Program-made: the position numbers and the translations under genes
The notes under the pieces: model-generated
The model's database searches: none
The model's input: only the letters and a program-made list of their open reading frames with translations
What the model was told of the DNA's origin: nothing
Assembly (NCBI GenBank): GCA_963706595.1
Contig: OY970166.1
Coordinates: 3,392,001 to 3,456,000, forward strand
Direction of reading: 5' to 3'
DNA from: an uncultured cyanobacterium
GTDB lineage: Bacteria; Cyanobacteriota; Cyanobacteriia; Cyanobacteriales; Nostocaceae
Length of the DNA: 64,000 nucleotides
In this document: one piece after another, positions 31,975 to 42,795 of the stretch
Layout of the letters: every line of letters begins with the position of its first letter
Position numbering within the stretch: position 1 is the first letter of the stretch

Positions 31975-32637
31975 ATGAGTATTACTCCTGAGTCGGTAAA
32001 GCAAATGCTCAGTTCTGAAGATTTAGGCGATCGCTTGCGTGCAGTTAATCAAGCTCGTGACCTGGAACCAGCAACCGCTTTTGAACTGATTCAAATTGCT
32101 ATTGGTGATAGTAATTCGCGAGTGCGATACTCAGCAGTCAGTCAAATGGACACGCTAGGAAACCAAGATTTACAACTATCTTTAGATGTATTACGTAGTT
32201 TACTCAGTGACCCTGAACCTGATGTCCAAGCCGCAGCCGCAGATTGTTTGGGCGCGTTGAAATTACACGATGCTTTTGAAGATTTACAGCAACTCTACAA
32301 CACCACCCCAGAATGGCTAGTACAATTCAGCATCATTGCGACATTAGGCGAGTTAGGCAATCCACGAGCTTTTGAACTACTCAAACAAGCACTCTCATCA
32401 GAGAATGAATTAGTCCAAACAGCAGCTATCAGTTCCTTCGGTGAATTGGGAGATATCCAAGCAATTCCCTTCTTAGCGCCCTTTGCTAGCAACTCCGATT
32501 GGCAAATCCGTTACAGAGTTGTGCAAGCATTAACTCATTTAGGTGGTGCAGATGCGGAATCTATTCTAGAAGCTCTCTCTGATGATGAAGTGGAAGCAGT
32601 GGCAAATGAAGCAAAAAAATATTTGCAATCAATTTGA
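31975..32637 (+). CDS. nblB: Phycobilisome degradation protein NblB (HEAT/PBS-lyase repeats)
   Basis: MSITPESV..LSSEDLGDRLRAVNQ N-terminus; HEAT repeats (RVRYSAVSQ, DVQAAAADCLG). Confidence 0.85.
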   Translation: MSITPESVKQMLSSEDLGDRLRAVNQARDLEPATAFELIQIAIGDSNSRVRYSAVSQMDTLGNQDLQLSLDVLRSLLSDPEPDVQAAAADCLGALKLHDAFEDLQQLYNTTPEWLVQFSIIATLGELGNPRAFELLKQALSSENELVQTAAISSFGELGDIQAIPFLAPFASNSDWQIRYRVVQALTHLGGADAESILEALSDDEVEAVANEAKKYLQSI

Positions 32638-32874
32638 GTTTATTCAGAGGTAATTAACTTGACTTTTTGTGAATTTTTTAGAAAAATTTCCTGAAAAATA
32701 TTGCTGCATATTTGTTGGACATTTGAAATATTTCTAGTACACTGAGCAAGTAATTAGAAAAAAATCGACCTAGCTGGGAAAGTTGTGCGTTCCAGTTAGG
32801 TCGAAGTTTAAATTAGTGATCATAGCAATCATCATTACTTTCAGTTTCTGAAAGTAATTTTTTTATGGACAGGT

Positions 32875-33615
32875 TTATTGAGGAATTGTCTTGCGACGGC
32901 GAGATACAGCCATACCTGCGGCTACTACACCTAAGCCCAATAGTGTAGCTGGTTCAGGAACAGCAGTGGTAAAGACAGCACCGGAGAAAGTCAGATCACC
33001 CAATGAATTCCCCGCATTAAGAATTGTATTCGCTTGAGCAATAGTTGTATTATTTCTTTGGAAAGTTAAGTTTCCTACTCCCTTAGTTACTTCCCCAAGA
33101 GCGCTGGTAAAAAAGCCATTAAGATTAACGTCTACACTCAGGTTAGCACCGCTTTGGACTAATGCATAACTACTAGATAACAAGGTAAAGGTATTGACGT
33201 TATCATTCAAAGAGCTAACATCATCGCCAGGAAGAATTACACCAGGAATAGGAAGGTTCCCCAAGTCTAGAAATGGGTTCTCGAAACTACTAGCGCCAAA
33301 TGAAAGAACATCACGTATACTGGCTGAATTGAAACTTAGGAAAGTGCCATCTTGAGAAGCAAGACTGATTGGGCTACTTAAGAACGCTGTCGAACCAGCA
33401 GCAATACTATCAGGGGTGAAAGACAGTGAATCTTTTTTTAAGTGAACGAGACTGGTGCCACCTGGAGCTGTGAAACCACCGTTAAAACTGAACTCACCAA
33501 CTAAGGCAGCAGCTTGAGCAGAACCAGTAGGGGTGAAAGTTGCAGCAGCAGCTATGGGCATAGCGGCTAATGTGGCAACAGCACCTTTAAAAAAATTGGA
33601 TTTAGATGTAATCAT
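32875..33615 (-). CDS. PEP-CTERM sorting domain surface protein
   Basis: Signal peptide ending AQAA; C-terminal VPEPATLLGL..TM..RRRK. Confidence 0.9.
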   Translation of the reverse strand: MITSKSNFFKGAVATLAAMPIAAAATFTPTGSAQAAALVGEFSFNGGFTAPGGTSLVHLKKDSLSFTPDSIAAGSTAFLSSPISLASQDGTFLSFNSASIRDVLSFGASSFENPFLDLGNLPIPGVILPGDDVSSLNDNVNTFTLLSSSYALVQSGANLSVDVNLNGFFTSALGEVTKGVGNLTFQRNNTTIAQANTILNAGNSLGDLTFSGAVFTTAVPEPATLLGLGVVAAGMAVSRRRKTIPQ

Positions 33616-34283
33616 TTGATACTCCTGATATGAAAACTAGGAAAGTGTATATTTTTGGGTTGTGTTATGTGCTGACATACATTGACTGCCACTACTTAGT
33701 TTTTATACGGAAAATGCATTAGTGGTTAGTCGAAATATGCGTTAATCACTTCTAGTAGATTTACATAAATCCAGCAACATGGCAACACTTACGTGTTTAA
33801 CTTTACAGACTCTTCATTTATTGCTGTATAAATGAAGATGTTTACCCATATTTAATAGATATATTTAACTAAAAGCCGAATAACATACAGGTAAATAGGT
33901 GGACACAAATCAACTTAACTATATAACGAAAAGTAAAAACCCTGAAAACCTTGTGATGCCTTGACTCTACTTCTTTAAGTTCGCCATGAAAAAGCGGGAG
34001 ATTTTTTCAGAAACCTACTGAGTAAAAAAAACTGAATATATTATTACACTTAAATACTTAAATTTAGCCACTGAATACACGTATAGACTTATTTATCTTC
34101 TACCTGTAGATATAGATAACTTAGACACATGGCTTAGTTTATACATCTTAAATTATTTTGGATTGCGCTACAGAGATTTACATTCCCTTAACATTATTAG
34201 TTGGGTAAACACATACCCCCAGCTACTAAAAAACGTAGCAATGCTACATCTATACAAAGAATTTGGTAAAATGTAACGAATTA

Positions 34284-34802
34284 TTAAGCCCCATAAACTT
34301 GAGGCCAAGTTGTGATTATAAAAACTACAACTGCGGCGATCGCCAACACGCCTTGAATCAAATTTCCAATCAGCGAACCGACTATAATACCTATACCAGC
34401 CTTAACGGCTAACCATAATTGACGACGGTAAATAAATTCACCAATAATCGCTCCCAGCAGCGGCCCTAATAAAATTCCTAACAAAGGACCGCCGAAGGGT
34501 AGAGTTGGGAGTAAACCCAAAAATCCCACTATTAACCCCACAATTGCGCCAATCTGTCCCCACTTACTAGCACCTGCTTTTTTTGCACCTAAGTAACTAG
34601 CTAAAATATCAACACCAATGCTGAGGACTAAAACTAAAACTGTCACAATTAGTGGAGTTTTAATGGCTGCAAAGGAACCGCCCAGAACACCCCAAATAAT
34701 AATAGAGGTTAAAATTAAGCCGCTACCAGGGAGACCGGGAACCACAGCACCAATTACACCCACCACCATGACGGTAATTAGTAGCCAATAAATAACTTGC
34801 AT
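34284..34802 (-). CDS. DUF456 membrane protein
   Basis: VVPGLPG, GAKKAGASKWG, GPLLGAIIGE. Confidence 0.88.
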   Translation of the reverse strand: MQVIYWLLITVMVVGVIGAVVPGLPGSGLILTSIIIWGVLGGSFAAIKTPLIVTVLVLVLSIGVDILASYLGAKKAGASKWGQIGAIVGLIVGFLGLLPTLPFGGPLLGILLGPLLGAIIGEFIYRRQLWLAVKAGIGIIVGSLIGNLIQGVLAIAAVVVFIITTWPQVYGA

Positions 34803-34916
34803 AATTCGTAATTCGTAATTCGTAGTTCGTAATTGAGCCTGCGGTACGCTAACGCGGTAAACGCAGCTATACCCGTCAGGGCTTTAAATAAGTCGTAATT
34901 TTTTCTGTCCTACATC

Positions 34917-35555
34917 TTACTCTTGAAGAGTGACAGCTAATTTGTCAGCAATTCCAGCAATCCATTGTTCATCTTGTTTGGTATAACTGCGGGGTGCATT
35001 TGCTCCTAAAATCAACACACCCTGATTACCAATTGGTTGACAAACTACACCTTGTGTATTTTCAGGTAAATAATCAAATTCTATTCTGCCTGGATACACA
35101 TACAAAGCAACTAGATAAATTGGCTTTTGTGTTTCCAAGACTCGTTTTAAGATTGGACCTGGTACTACTTCGGCTTTAGCAGCCAGAATACCGCGACGCA
35201 ACAAGATTTTGCCTTGATAGTAAACTATGAGCGATCGCGTCACCGTATTAGTCAATAATAAATGGGATGCCCAAGCTAACTCTGTTTTGACAGTTTCTGG
35301 TAAATCCGTCGCCAGTACAAAACCTTGTTCCCCAATTAGTTCTACAGTATCAGGCGATCGCGGTTGTACTTGCTGCCAAATTAAACCTGTTAAAATCAAA
35401 ACGGCACTCAAAATTACACCCACCACATCCCCACGCGCTTGAGACTCCGTTAATTCTGGAGTCAGCAAACGGTTAATCAATAAAAGTACAGCGCCTAACC
35501 CACCCACAGCTAGGGGTAAACGCCGTAAAATTCGATTGGGATCTGATTTACTCAT
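34917..35555 (-). CDS. Cofactor assembly of complex C subunit B (CCB2/CCB4 family)
   Basis: ELAWASHLLLTNT, LYPGRIEFDYLPENTQ-like motif, RSYTKQDEQW. Confidence 0.82.
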   Translation of the reverse strand: MSKSDPNRILRRLPLAVGGLGAVLLLINRLLTPELTESQARGDVVGVILSAVLILTGLIWQQVQPRSPDTVELIGEQGFVLATDLPETVKTELAWASHLLLTNTVTRSLIVYYQGKILLRRGILAAKAEVVPGPILKRVLETQKPIYLVALYVYPGRIEFDYLPENTQGVVCQPIGNQGVLILGANAPRSYTKQDEQWIAGIADKLAVTLQE

Positions 35556-35556
35556 T

Positions 35557-35700
35557 TGTCATTAGTCATTGGTCATTGGTCATTAGGAAGTTACCGCCTT
35601 CTCACCCCTGCTCCCGTTCGGCTACGCTCACGGCAAGCCTGCTCCCTGCTCCCCTGCCTCTTCCCCCCTACTCCCTACTCCCTACTCCCCACTCCCTACT
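35557..35700. repeat. Composite heptamer repeat module, copy C, with a nested SDR
   Basis: Same order and linker as copy B; CCGTTCGGCTACGCTCACGGCAAG inserted in the CCCTGCT tract. Confidence 0.85.
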
Positions 35701-36424
35701 CTTCCCCAGGTTCTATAATTCTCTGAAACAAATAACCAGTACCTCTGGCTGTGAGAATTAACTCTGGATTACTAGGATCATCTTCTAACTTTGCCCGCAA
35801 ACGGGAAATATGCACATCTACGACACGAGTATCTACGTGACGTTCTGGTGTGTAACCCCATACTTCCTGCAAAATTTCCGAACGAGAAAACGCTTCTCCA
35901 GAACGGCTGACTAGCAACTCTAGGAGGCTAAATTCCATTCCTGTCAAGCGAATGCGCTCATCGCCTTTGTAGACTTGGCGTTTATTGGTATCTATTTTGA
36001 TATTACCAACATGAATTACCCCAGAGCTAGGTATACCAGAAGCTCCGGTTTTGTCTACTCGTCGCAGCACTGAACGAATCCGGGCTTCTAATTCCTTGGG
36101 GGAAAATGGTTTGACTACATAATCATCAGCACCCAATTCCAGACCAGTGATGCGATCGGCAACGTCCCCCAAGGCTGTTAGCATAATAATTGGGACATCC
36201 GATTCCTTACGCAATTCTTGACATACACCGTAGCCGTCAAGCTTTGGCATCATCACATCTAACACTACTAGGTCAGGTTCTGATTTGCGAAAGATTTCTA
36301 GCGCTTCTTCTCCATCGCCAGCCGTTACTACATCGTAGCCAATCATGGAAAGGCGCGTTTCCAAAATCCGGCGAATGCTGGCTTCGTCGTCTACCACCAG
36401 GATTTTTTCTTTATGGCTTTCCAA
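35696..36424 (-). CDS. rpaB: OmpR-family response regulator RpaB (Ycf27)
   Basis: KEKILVVDDEASIRRILETRLSMIGY...PELILTARGTGYLFQR; TTG start. Confidence 0.95.
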   Translation of the reverse strand: MESHKEKILVVDDEASIRRILETRLSMIGYDVVTAGDGEEALEIFRKSEPDLVVLDVMMPKLDGYGVCQELRKESDVPIIMLTALGDVADRITGLELGADDYVVKPFSPKELEARIRSVLRRVDKTGASGIPSSGVIHVGNIKIDTNKRQVYKGDERIRLTGMEFSLLELLVSRSGEAFSRSEILQEVWGYTPERHVDTRVVDVHISRLRAKLEDDPSNPELILTARGTGYLFQRIIEPGEE

Positions 36425-36595
36425 GTTTCTCTGCGCTCCCTAACTAAAATTTATCATGATTAATTTTTAATACCATAATATTAAGATATCATTCCATCAA
36501 TTGATTGAGAAAAAGCTGTATCTTTTACTATTCTTGGATTCTAATTCTAGCTAAAAGATTAAGTAAATATTAAGATTATTTAATAAATTTTACGA

Positions 36596-38167
36596 ATGGC
36601 AAAGCCTAAAACCTCTTTCGTTTGTAACGCCTGTGGAGCAGAGTCTTCTCAGTGGTTTGGTAAATGTCCAGCCTGCGGTACTTACAACTCCTTAGAAGAG
36701 CAGATTTCCATCCAATCATCAGTAGATGTACCATCTAGGGGAGGAATCAGCAACTGGCAAGCAAATCAAAATAATGGCAAACCTGCTCATAAACCTGCCA
36801 AAGCACGAGCTTCGCTGACATTTGACCAAATTACAGATCGCCAAATTGCTCGCTGGGAATCAGGTTATGGTGAATTAGATCGGGTACTTGGTGGGGGGAT
36901 TGTTCCCGGTTCGATGGTTCTGATTGGTGGTGATCCTGGCATTGGTAAATCTACTTTACTATTACAGGTATCAAATGCACTGGCGCAGAGATACCGTATC
37001 CTCTACGTAACTGGGGAAGAATCAGGACAACAGGTAAAATTACGAGCTTCGCGCTTGGGAGTGTCGAAAAAGCCTGATCTGCTTAGTGATGGGGATGAAG
37101 AACATGATGAGAACGGCAAGGTAGAAGTAGAAGTAGAAGTAAAAACTCTGAGTTCAGAAGAAATTGAAGAAGGTAAAAATGCGGCTTTATATGTATTACC
37201 GGAAACAGATTTAGAAGAAATTTTACGAGAGATAGATTCTCTCAGACCGAATTTAGCAGTAATTGATAGTATTCAAACAGTGTTTTTTCCAGCATTGACT
37301 TCTGCGCCGGGTTCTGTAGCCCAAGTCCGTGAATGTACCTCAGCACTGATGAAGGTGGCAAAGCATGAAGATATTACCATGTTAATTGTTGGACACGTGA
37401 CCAAAGAAGGTGCGATCGCCGGTCCGAAGGTTTTAGAACACTTAGTAGATACAGTATTGTACTTTGAAGGCGATCGCTTTGCCTCCCATCGACTATTAAG
37501 AACAGTGAAAAACCGTTTTGGTGCAACTCACGAAATCGGCATCTTTGAAATGGTGGAACACGGACTGCAAGAGGTTTCCAACCCTTCAGAGCTATTTTTA
37601 GGCAACCGTGATGATCCTGCACCGGGAACAGCCATTGTGGTAGCTTGTGAAGGAACTCGCCCCATTGTTGTGGAGTTGCAAGCTTTAGTTAGTCCTACCA
37701 GTTATCCTTCCCCCCGGCGTGCGGGTACAGGTATAGACTATAACCGCCTTGTGCAGATTCTCGCCGTGTTAGAAAAACGGGTGGGGATTCCCATGTCGAA
37801 ACTAGATTCTTACGTCGCCTCGGCTGGTGGGTTGAGTGTAGCAGAACCAGCCGTAGATTTAGGAATTGCGATCGCCATTGTCGCCAGTTTCCGCGATCGC
37901 ATAGTTGATCCTGGTACAGTATTAATCGGTGAAGTCGGCTTAGGCGGACAAGTGCGCTCAGTGTCCCAAATGGAACTACGATTAAAAGAAGCTGCCAAAC
38001 TTGGATTTAAACGTGCGATCGTTCCCAAAGGTCAAAAATACCCAGATTATGACATCGAGATATTACCAGTCGCCAAAGTAATAGATGCAATTATTGCTGC
38101 TATTCCCCACCAAACCCTAGAAGCCAGCGACTTAGAACTAGGCGACGAGGAAGAGGAAGAGGAATAA
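36596..38167 (+). CDS. radA: DNA repair protein RadA/Sms
   Basis: Zn finger CNACG..WFGKCPAC, GDPGIGKST, KNRFG. Confidence 0.97.
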   Translation: MAKPKTSFVCNACGAESSQWFGKCPACGTYNSLEEQISIQSSVDVPSRGGISNWQANQNNGKPAHKPAKARASLTFDQITDRQIARWESGYGELDRVLGGGIVPGSMVLIGGDPGIGKSTLLLQVSNALAQRYRILYVTGEESGQQVKLRASRLGVSKKPDLLSDGDEEHDENGKVEVEVEVKTLSSEEIEEGKNAALYVLPETDLEEILREIDSLRPNLAVIDSIQTVFFPALTSAPGSVAQVRECTSALMKVAKHEDITMLIVGHVTKEGAIAGPKVLEHLVDTVLYFEGDRFASHRLLRTVKNRFGATHEIGIFEMVEHGLQEVSNPSELFLGNRDDPAPGTAIVVACEGTRPIVVELQALVSPTSYPSPRRAGTGIDYNRLVQILAVLEKRVGIPMSKLDSYVASAGGLSVAEPAVDLGIAIAIVASFRDRIVDPGTVLIGEVGLGGQVRSVSQMELRLKEAAKLGFKRAIVPKGQKYPDYDIEILPVAKVIDAIIAAIPHQTLEASDLELGDEEEEEE

Positions 38168-38304
38168 TATCATGTCAGTTTAATTAGTTACGATGACCAC
38201 AATCATGTCACCCCACCCCCAGCCCCTCCCCGCAAGCGAGGAGGGGAGATAGAACAAAGATTTGGCAGGTTTCGCGTTTAGTAAGTATTTAACCGGACTT
38301 GATA
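38168..38304. mobile_element. MITE with TA-flanked imperfect TIRs (IS630/Tc1-like) carrying an SDR
   Basis: ATATCATGTCAGTTTAATTAGTTAC vs reverse complement ATATCAAGTCCGGTTAAATACTTAC (20/25). Confidence 0.7.
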
Positions 38305-38330
38305 TAACCCTCAAAAACCCGAATTAGCTC

Positions 38331-38362
38331 GTAGTTGCGCTTTAGCGCTAAAGCGCAACTAC
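38331..38362. repeat. Perfect 32-bp palindrome, REP-like
   Basis: GTAGTTGCGCTTTAGC|GCTAAAGCGCAACTAC. Confidence 0.9.
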
Positions 38363-38390
38363 AAACCATGATGATTTATTCATTGAACTC

Positions 38391-38627
38391 TTATTTTGCT
38401 GCTGCTAACAGGTCTGATAAGGCTTGCACTGACCTATTATCTGCTTGAGGCGACCAGACAGTGGCACTGGTGGAAGCAAGTTGATTTAAGAGTGTATTCT
38501 CTGCGTCACTGGTTTCTAAACTACATCCTTCTTCTTTGGCAACTGCTAACAAGAGAAAGTGGATTAGTCGGAGTTTATCTTGATGTGATAGTTGGTTGAC
38601 TGTGGGTAAAATTTGGCTGAGAGTCAT
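38391..38627 (-). CDS. Small hypothetical protein (antitoxin-like size)
   Basis: 78-aa ORF with L..LSHQDKLRLI.FL and VWSP patterns seen in small cyanobacterial ORFs. Confidence 0.6.
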   Translation of the reverse strand: MTLSQILPTVNQLSHQDKLRLIHFLLLAVAKEEGCSLETSDAENTLLNQLASTSATVWSPQADNRSVQALSDLLAAAK

Positions 38628-38880
38628 ATTGCCAGAATTAATATTTATTAAGATTTTAACAAAATAGGTTCGTGTTCTGGTTTTCGTTCTTAGGAATAGC
38701 TCAAGAATGTTTCATCTCAGCTTGGTCAGCAGCACCTCGTAGCATAACAGTGTCAAAATCTTATAAAAACTGGCAAAGCAGTAATCTGAATCATCTGAGT
38801 TAAATCTCTAGATAGACACGCGATCGCCTAAAAATTGTCACAATTAATGATATTAACCGTTATATTGAGACATTAATCCT

Positions 38881-39765
38881 ATGGACTTTGGCATTGGTGA
38901 TTTATTCTGGATTTTCCTCGTCTTTACTTCCCTACAACCTATCTGGCAAAAGCGCCAAATAGAATCTCAGCGTGTACGCACCCTACACGGATTCCAGCAG
39001 GAACGCAAAAGTCGAGTAATATTACTGATACACCGCCAAGAATCCATCAGTTTATTAGGAATTCCCATCTCCCGCTACATTACCATTGAAGACTCAGAAC
39101 AGATATTACGGGCAATTCGCCTCACCCCGCCCGATGTCCCCATTGACTTGATTTTGCACACCCCTGGCGGTTTAGTTTTAGCCACTGAACAAATCGCTAG
39201 AGCATTAATTCGTCACCCTGCCAAAGTCACCGTTTTTGTACCTCACTATGCCATGAGTGGCGGTACAATGCTTGCCCTCGCCTCAGATGAAATTATCATG
39301 GATGCCAACGCTGTCTTAGGGCCTGTTGATCCCCAATTAGGTAGTTTTCCCGCAGCCAGTATTTTAAAAGTGGTTGCAGATAAACCCGTCGGTGATATTG
39401 ATGATCAAACCCTAATTATGGCAGACCTAGCAGGCAAAGCAATTCAGCAGGTACAGCGCTTTGTCAGGACTCTACTTAAAGACAGTATACCCAAACAAAA
39501 AGTTTTACCAGAAGATATCGAACCGATTATCGAAGCCTTAACAACAGGACGCGTCACCCACGACTATCCAGTCACCGTCGAGGAAGCAACAGAAATGGGG
39601 CTGCCCATAACCGTCGGGCTACCCCTTTCTATTTACAAACTCATGGATTTGTATCCACAACCACAAGGAGGACGACCGAGCGTCCAGTACATTCCCATGC
39701 CCTACGATGACCGTCGTCCCATATTACCCTCGCCCAAAGGCAGACCGATGGAAGAACCAAATTAG
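38881..39765 (+). CDS. SDH family Clp-fold serine proteinase (DUF114)
   Basis: LILHTPGG, HYAMSGGT, LGPVDPQ, THDYP. Confidence 0.88.
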   Translation: MDFGIGDLFWIFLVFTSLQPIWQKRQIESQRVRTLHGFQQERKSRVILLIHRQESISLLGIPISRYITIEDSEQILRAIRLTPPDVPIDLILHTPGGLVLATEQIARALIRHPAKVTVFVPHYAMSGGTMLALASDEIIMDANAVLGPVDPQLGSFPAASILKVVADKPVGDIDDQTLIMADLAGKAIQQVQRFVRTLLKDSIPKQKVLPEDIEPIIEALTTGRVTHDYPVTVEEATEMGLPITVGLPLSIYKLMDLYPQPQGGRPSVQYIPMPYDDRRPILPSPKGRPMEEPN

Positions 39766-40006
39766 AGGTCTTGAGGTTGTAGGGTCAATCCAACCTACAC
39801 CAGTATAAAAAAACATAAAACCATACGATTTTTCTGAGACGGTTGTATAATAGTTAGCGATGACTGCCAAACATCACAATCATGCTTTTCCTGTGTGAGA
39901 GCTTCTGTAGGCGAAATCAGCAGCACCTCAAATTTTTCTTGCCAAAAAACCAAGCTTTTGAGGATTACAAATAAAATATCAGTGAAAACTACCTTCTTTA
40001 CCTATT

Positions 40007-42694
40007 GTGTGGAATCCAGGGCAGCAATTATTTGGTGGGCGCTACATCATCGAGAAATATTTAGGTGAAGGTGGAATTGGTATTACTTACCTAGCGAGAA
40101 ATCAACAAGGTAAACTACGGGTAATTAAAACCCTACGTGCAGAAATACTCAATAATCCTGCTTGGATAACAGATCAAAATAGACTCAAGCAAGAATTTAA
40201 AGAAGAAGCATTACGCCTAGCCTTATGCCGCCATCCCCACATTGTAGAAATAGAAAATGTCTTTAATCACGACGATTTACCCTGCATGGCGATGGAGTAC
40301 ATCCAAGGGGAAGATTTAAGCAAGCGTATCAGCCAAAAAGGCGCATTACCAGAAGCTGAAGCCCTGCAATACATGAAGCAAATTGGCTATGCTTTAAAAC
40401 TGGTTCATCAAAAAGGTTTGCTGCATCGGGATTTAAAACCCAGTAACATTATGATGCGTGCAGGTAAGCCAGAAGCAGTATTGATTGACTTTGGCATTGC
40501 TAAACAATTTATTCCCGGTGCAGTTTTACAACATACAGAAAGTCTTACCCCTGGCTATGCGCCACCAGAACAGTATGCACCTATAGAGGAACGGGGAGAA
40601 TATATTGATGTTTACGCCTTAGCCGCTACATTATATTCTTTGCTGACTGGAGAATTACCAATGTCAGCACCAGTCAGACTGCAAAATTTTACCATGCGAT
40701 CGCCTAAAGAGTTGAACCCCAAAATCAGCGACAGGGTAAATCAGGCAATTATGAAGGGAATGGCGCTAAATTACAAGTTTCGCCCCCAATCGGTGCAGGA
40801 GTGGTTGGATTTGTTGGATAGCAGAATCTTATTGACACAACCAGTAATATCTGACCGCCGTACACCCCTAGACTGGGAATGTGAACGCATCATCCCTGGG
40901 ATTATGGGAATCATCGCCTTTAGTCCCAAACAAGAAATACTTGCCAGTGTAGCTGGTAGTGCTATTCACTTGTTGTCCGTCGCTACAGGTAAACTAATCC
41001 GCACCCTAATTAGTCATGAAGACAAAATTAATTCCGTAGTTTTCAGTCATGATGGGCGAATGCTGGCTAGTCGTAGTAATGACAACATCATCAAACTGTG
41101 GGATGTAGCCACAGGAAAAGAAATCCGCACTCTGACTGCTGATTCCAAATCAGTTAATTCCCTAGCCTTCAGTGTAGATGGGCAAATTCTGGCTAGTGGT
41201 AATTGGGAAACAATCAAACTGTGGTCAGTAAAAACAGGCACAGAAATTCATACTCTGATTGGTCATGCCAAATTGGTTAACTCCGTTGCCTTTAGTAGTG
41301 ATGGGCGATCGCTCGCTAGTGGTAGTTATGATCACACTATTAAACTGTGGAATGTAGCCACAGGCATAGAAATTTACACCCTGGCTAGTCATTCTGAATC
41401 GGTGAATTCTCTAGCTTTCAGCAGTGATGGGCGAATACTGGCTAGTGGTAGCTGGGACAACACCATCAAACTTTGGGACGTAGCAACAGGCAATATAATT
41501 TACACCTTGACTGGTCATTCCTACTCAGTTAATTCTGTAGCCTTCAGTAGTGATGGGCGAATCTTGGCTAGTAGTAGTTGGGATAACACTATTAAACTGT
41601 GGAATGTAGCAACAGGAAAAGAAATTCGTACCCTGACTGGTCATTCCGAATCAGTTAATTCTGTAGCCTTTAGTAGTGATGGGCGAATGCTGGCTAGTGG
41701 TAGCGTGGATAACACTATCAAACTTTGGTCAGTAAAAACAGGTAAAGAAATTCACAATCTTACGGCCTCCGATGCTAAATCCATAGCCTTCAGTAGTGAT
41801 GGACTAATGCTAGCAAGTGGTATTTATGACCACACTATCAAACTGTGGTCAGTAAAAACAGGTAAAAAACTTCGCACTTTTTCTGGTCATTCCAGTTGGG
41901 TTCATTCCGTAGCCTTCAGTCAGAATGGGCAAATTTTGGCTAGTGGTAGTTATGACCACACTATCAAACTGTGGTCAGTGGCTACAGGTAGAGAACTTCA
42001 CACTCTGTCTGGTCATTCTAAATCAGTTAAATCCGTAGTATTCAGTAATAATGGCAAAATTCTGGCTAGTGCTAGTCCTGACAACACTATCAAACTATGG
42101 GAGGTGTCCACAGGGAAAGAAATTCGCTCCCTGACTATACATTTTGGCTGGGTGAAATCCGTAGCTTTCAGTAGTGAGGGGCAGTTTCTGGCTAGTGGTA
42201 TTAGGGATAACAGTATCAAACTGTGGGAAATGTCCACAGGGAAAGAAATTCGCACACTTACTGGTCATTCTAACTGGGTTTATTCCGTAGCCTTTAGTAG
42301 TGATGGACAAATTCTAGCTAGTGGTAGTTTGGATAAAACGATCAAATTATGGGAATTAGCAACAGGTAGAGAAATTTGCTCCCTGAATGCTCATTCCAAA
42401 TCTGTGAACTGTGTAGCTTTTAGTAGTGATGGACAAATTCTAGCTAGTGGTAGTCATGACAACACTATCAAACTGTGGTCAGTGGCAACAAGGAAAGAAA
42501 TTTGCTCCCTCAATCATTTTGATTCAGTTAATTCCGTCGTCTTTAGTCCCAATGGAAAATGGCTTGCTGCTGGAGATGATAGCGGAAATATCAAAATTTG
42601 GCGATGGGCAAAGCCCCGCCGAAGGCGATCGCCTTCGGTGGAACTGAGTCCTGCGGACACGCTACGCGAACGCCCATCGCCTTCCCAGGATTAA
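40007..42694 (+). CDS. Ser/Thr protein kinase with WD40 repeats
   Basis: LGEGGIG, HRDLKPSN, DFG, followed by about 13-14 GH..V.SVAFS.DG..LASGS.D.TIKLW repeats. Confidence 0.95.
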   Translation: MWNPGQQLFGGRYIIEKYLGEGGIGITYLARNQQGKLRVIKTLRAEILNNPAWITDQNRLKQEFKEEALRLALCRHPHIVEIENVFNHDDLPCMAMEYIQGEDLSKRISQKGALPEAEALQYMKQIGYALKLVHQKGLLHRDLKPSNIMMRAGKPEAVLIDFGIAKQFIPGAVLQHTESLTPGYAPPEQYAPIEERGEYIDVYALAATLYSLLTGELPMSAPVRLQNFTMRSPKELNPKISDRVNQAIMKGMALNYKFRPQSVQEWLDLLDSRILLTQPVISDRRTPLDWECERIIPGIMGIIAFSPKQEILASVAGSAIHLLSVATGKLIRTLISHEDKINSVVFSHDGRMLASRSNDNIIKLWDVATGKEIRTLTADSKSVNSLAFSVDGQILASGNWETIKLWSVKTGTEIHTLIGHAKLVNSVAFSSDGRSLASGSYDHTIKLWNVATGIEIYTLASHSESVNSLAFSSDGRILASGSWDNTIKLWDVATGNIIYTLTGHSYSVNSVAFSSDGRILASSSWDNTIKLWNVATGKEIRTLTGHSESVNSVAFSSDGRMLASGSVDNTIKLWSVKTGKEIHNLTASDAKSIAFSSDGLMLASGIYDHTIKLWSVKTGKKLRTFSGHSSWVHSVAFSQNGQILASGSYDHTIKLWSVATGRELHTLSGHSKSVKSVVFSNNGKILASASPDNTIKLWEVSTGKEIRSLTIHFGWVKSVAFSSEGQFLASGIRDNSIKLWEMSTGKEIRTLTGHSNWVYSVAFSSDGQILASGSLDKTIKLWELATGREICSLNAHSKSVNCVAFSSDGQILASGSHDNTIKLWSVATRKEICSLNHFDSVNSVVFSPNGKWLAAGDDSGNIKIWRWAKPRRRRSPSVELSPADTLRERPSPSQD

Positions 42695-42795
42695 CTGTTA
42701 AGAAAGTTAGGGAGCAGGCGGATTAAAGAAGCCTGCACCCTTTCCTCTTCTTTAATTGACCGTCGCCTAGTGCAAGATAAGAGTTAACTGTTTTG

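Noticed and set aside
33888..34105. Possible degenerate MITE upstream of the PEP-CTERM gene
   Set aside because: The putative inverted ends match too poorly and no target duplication is evident
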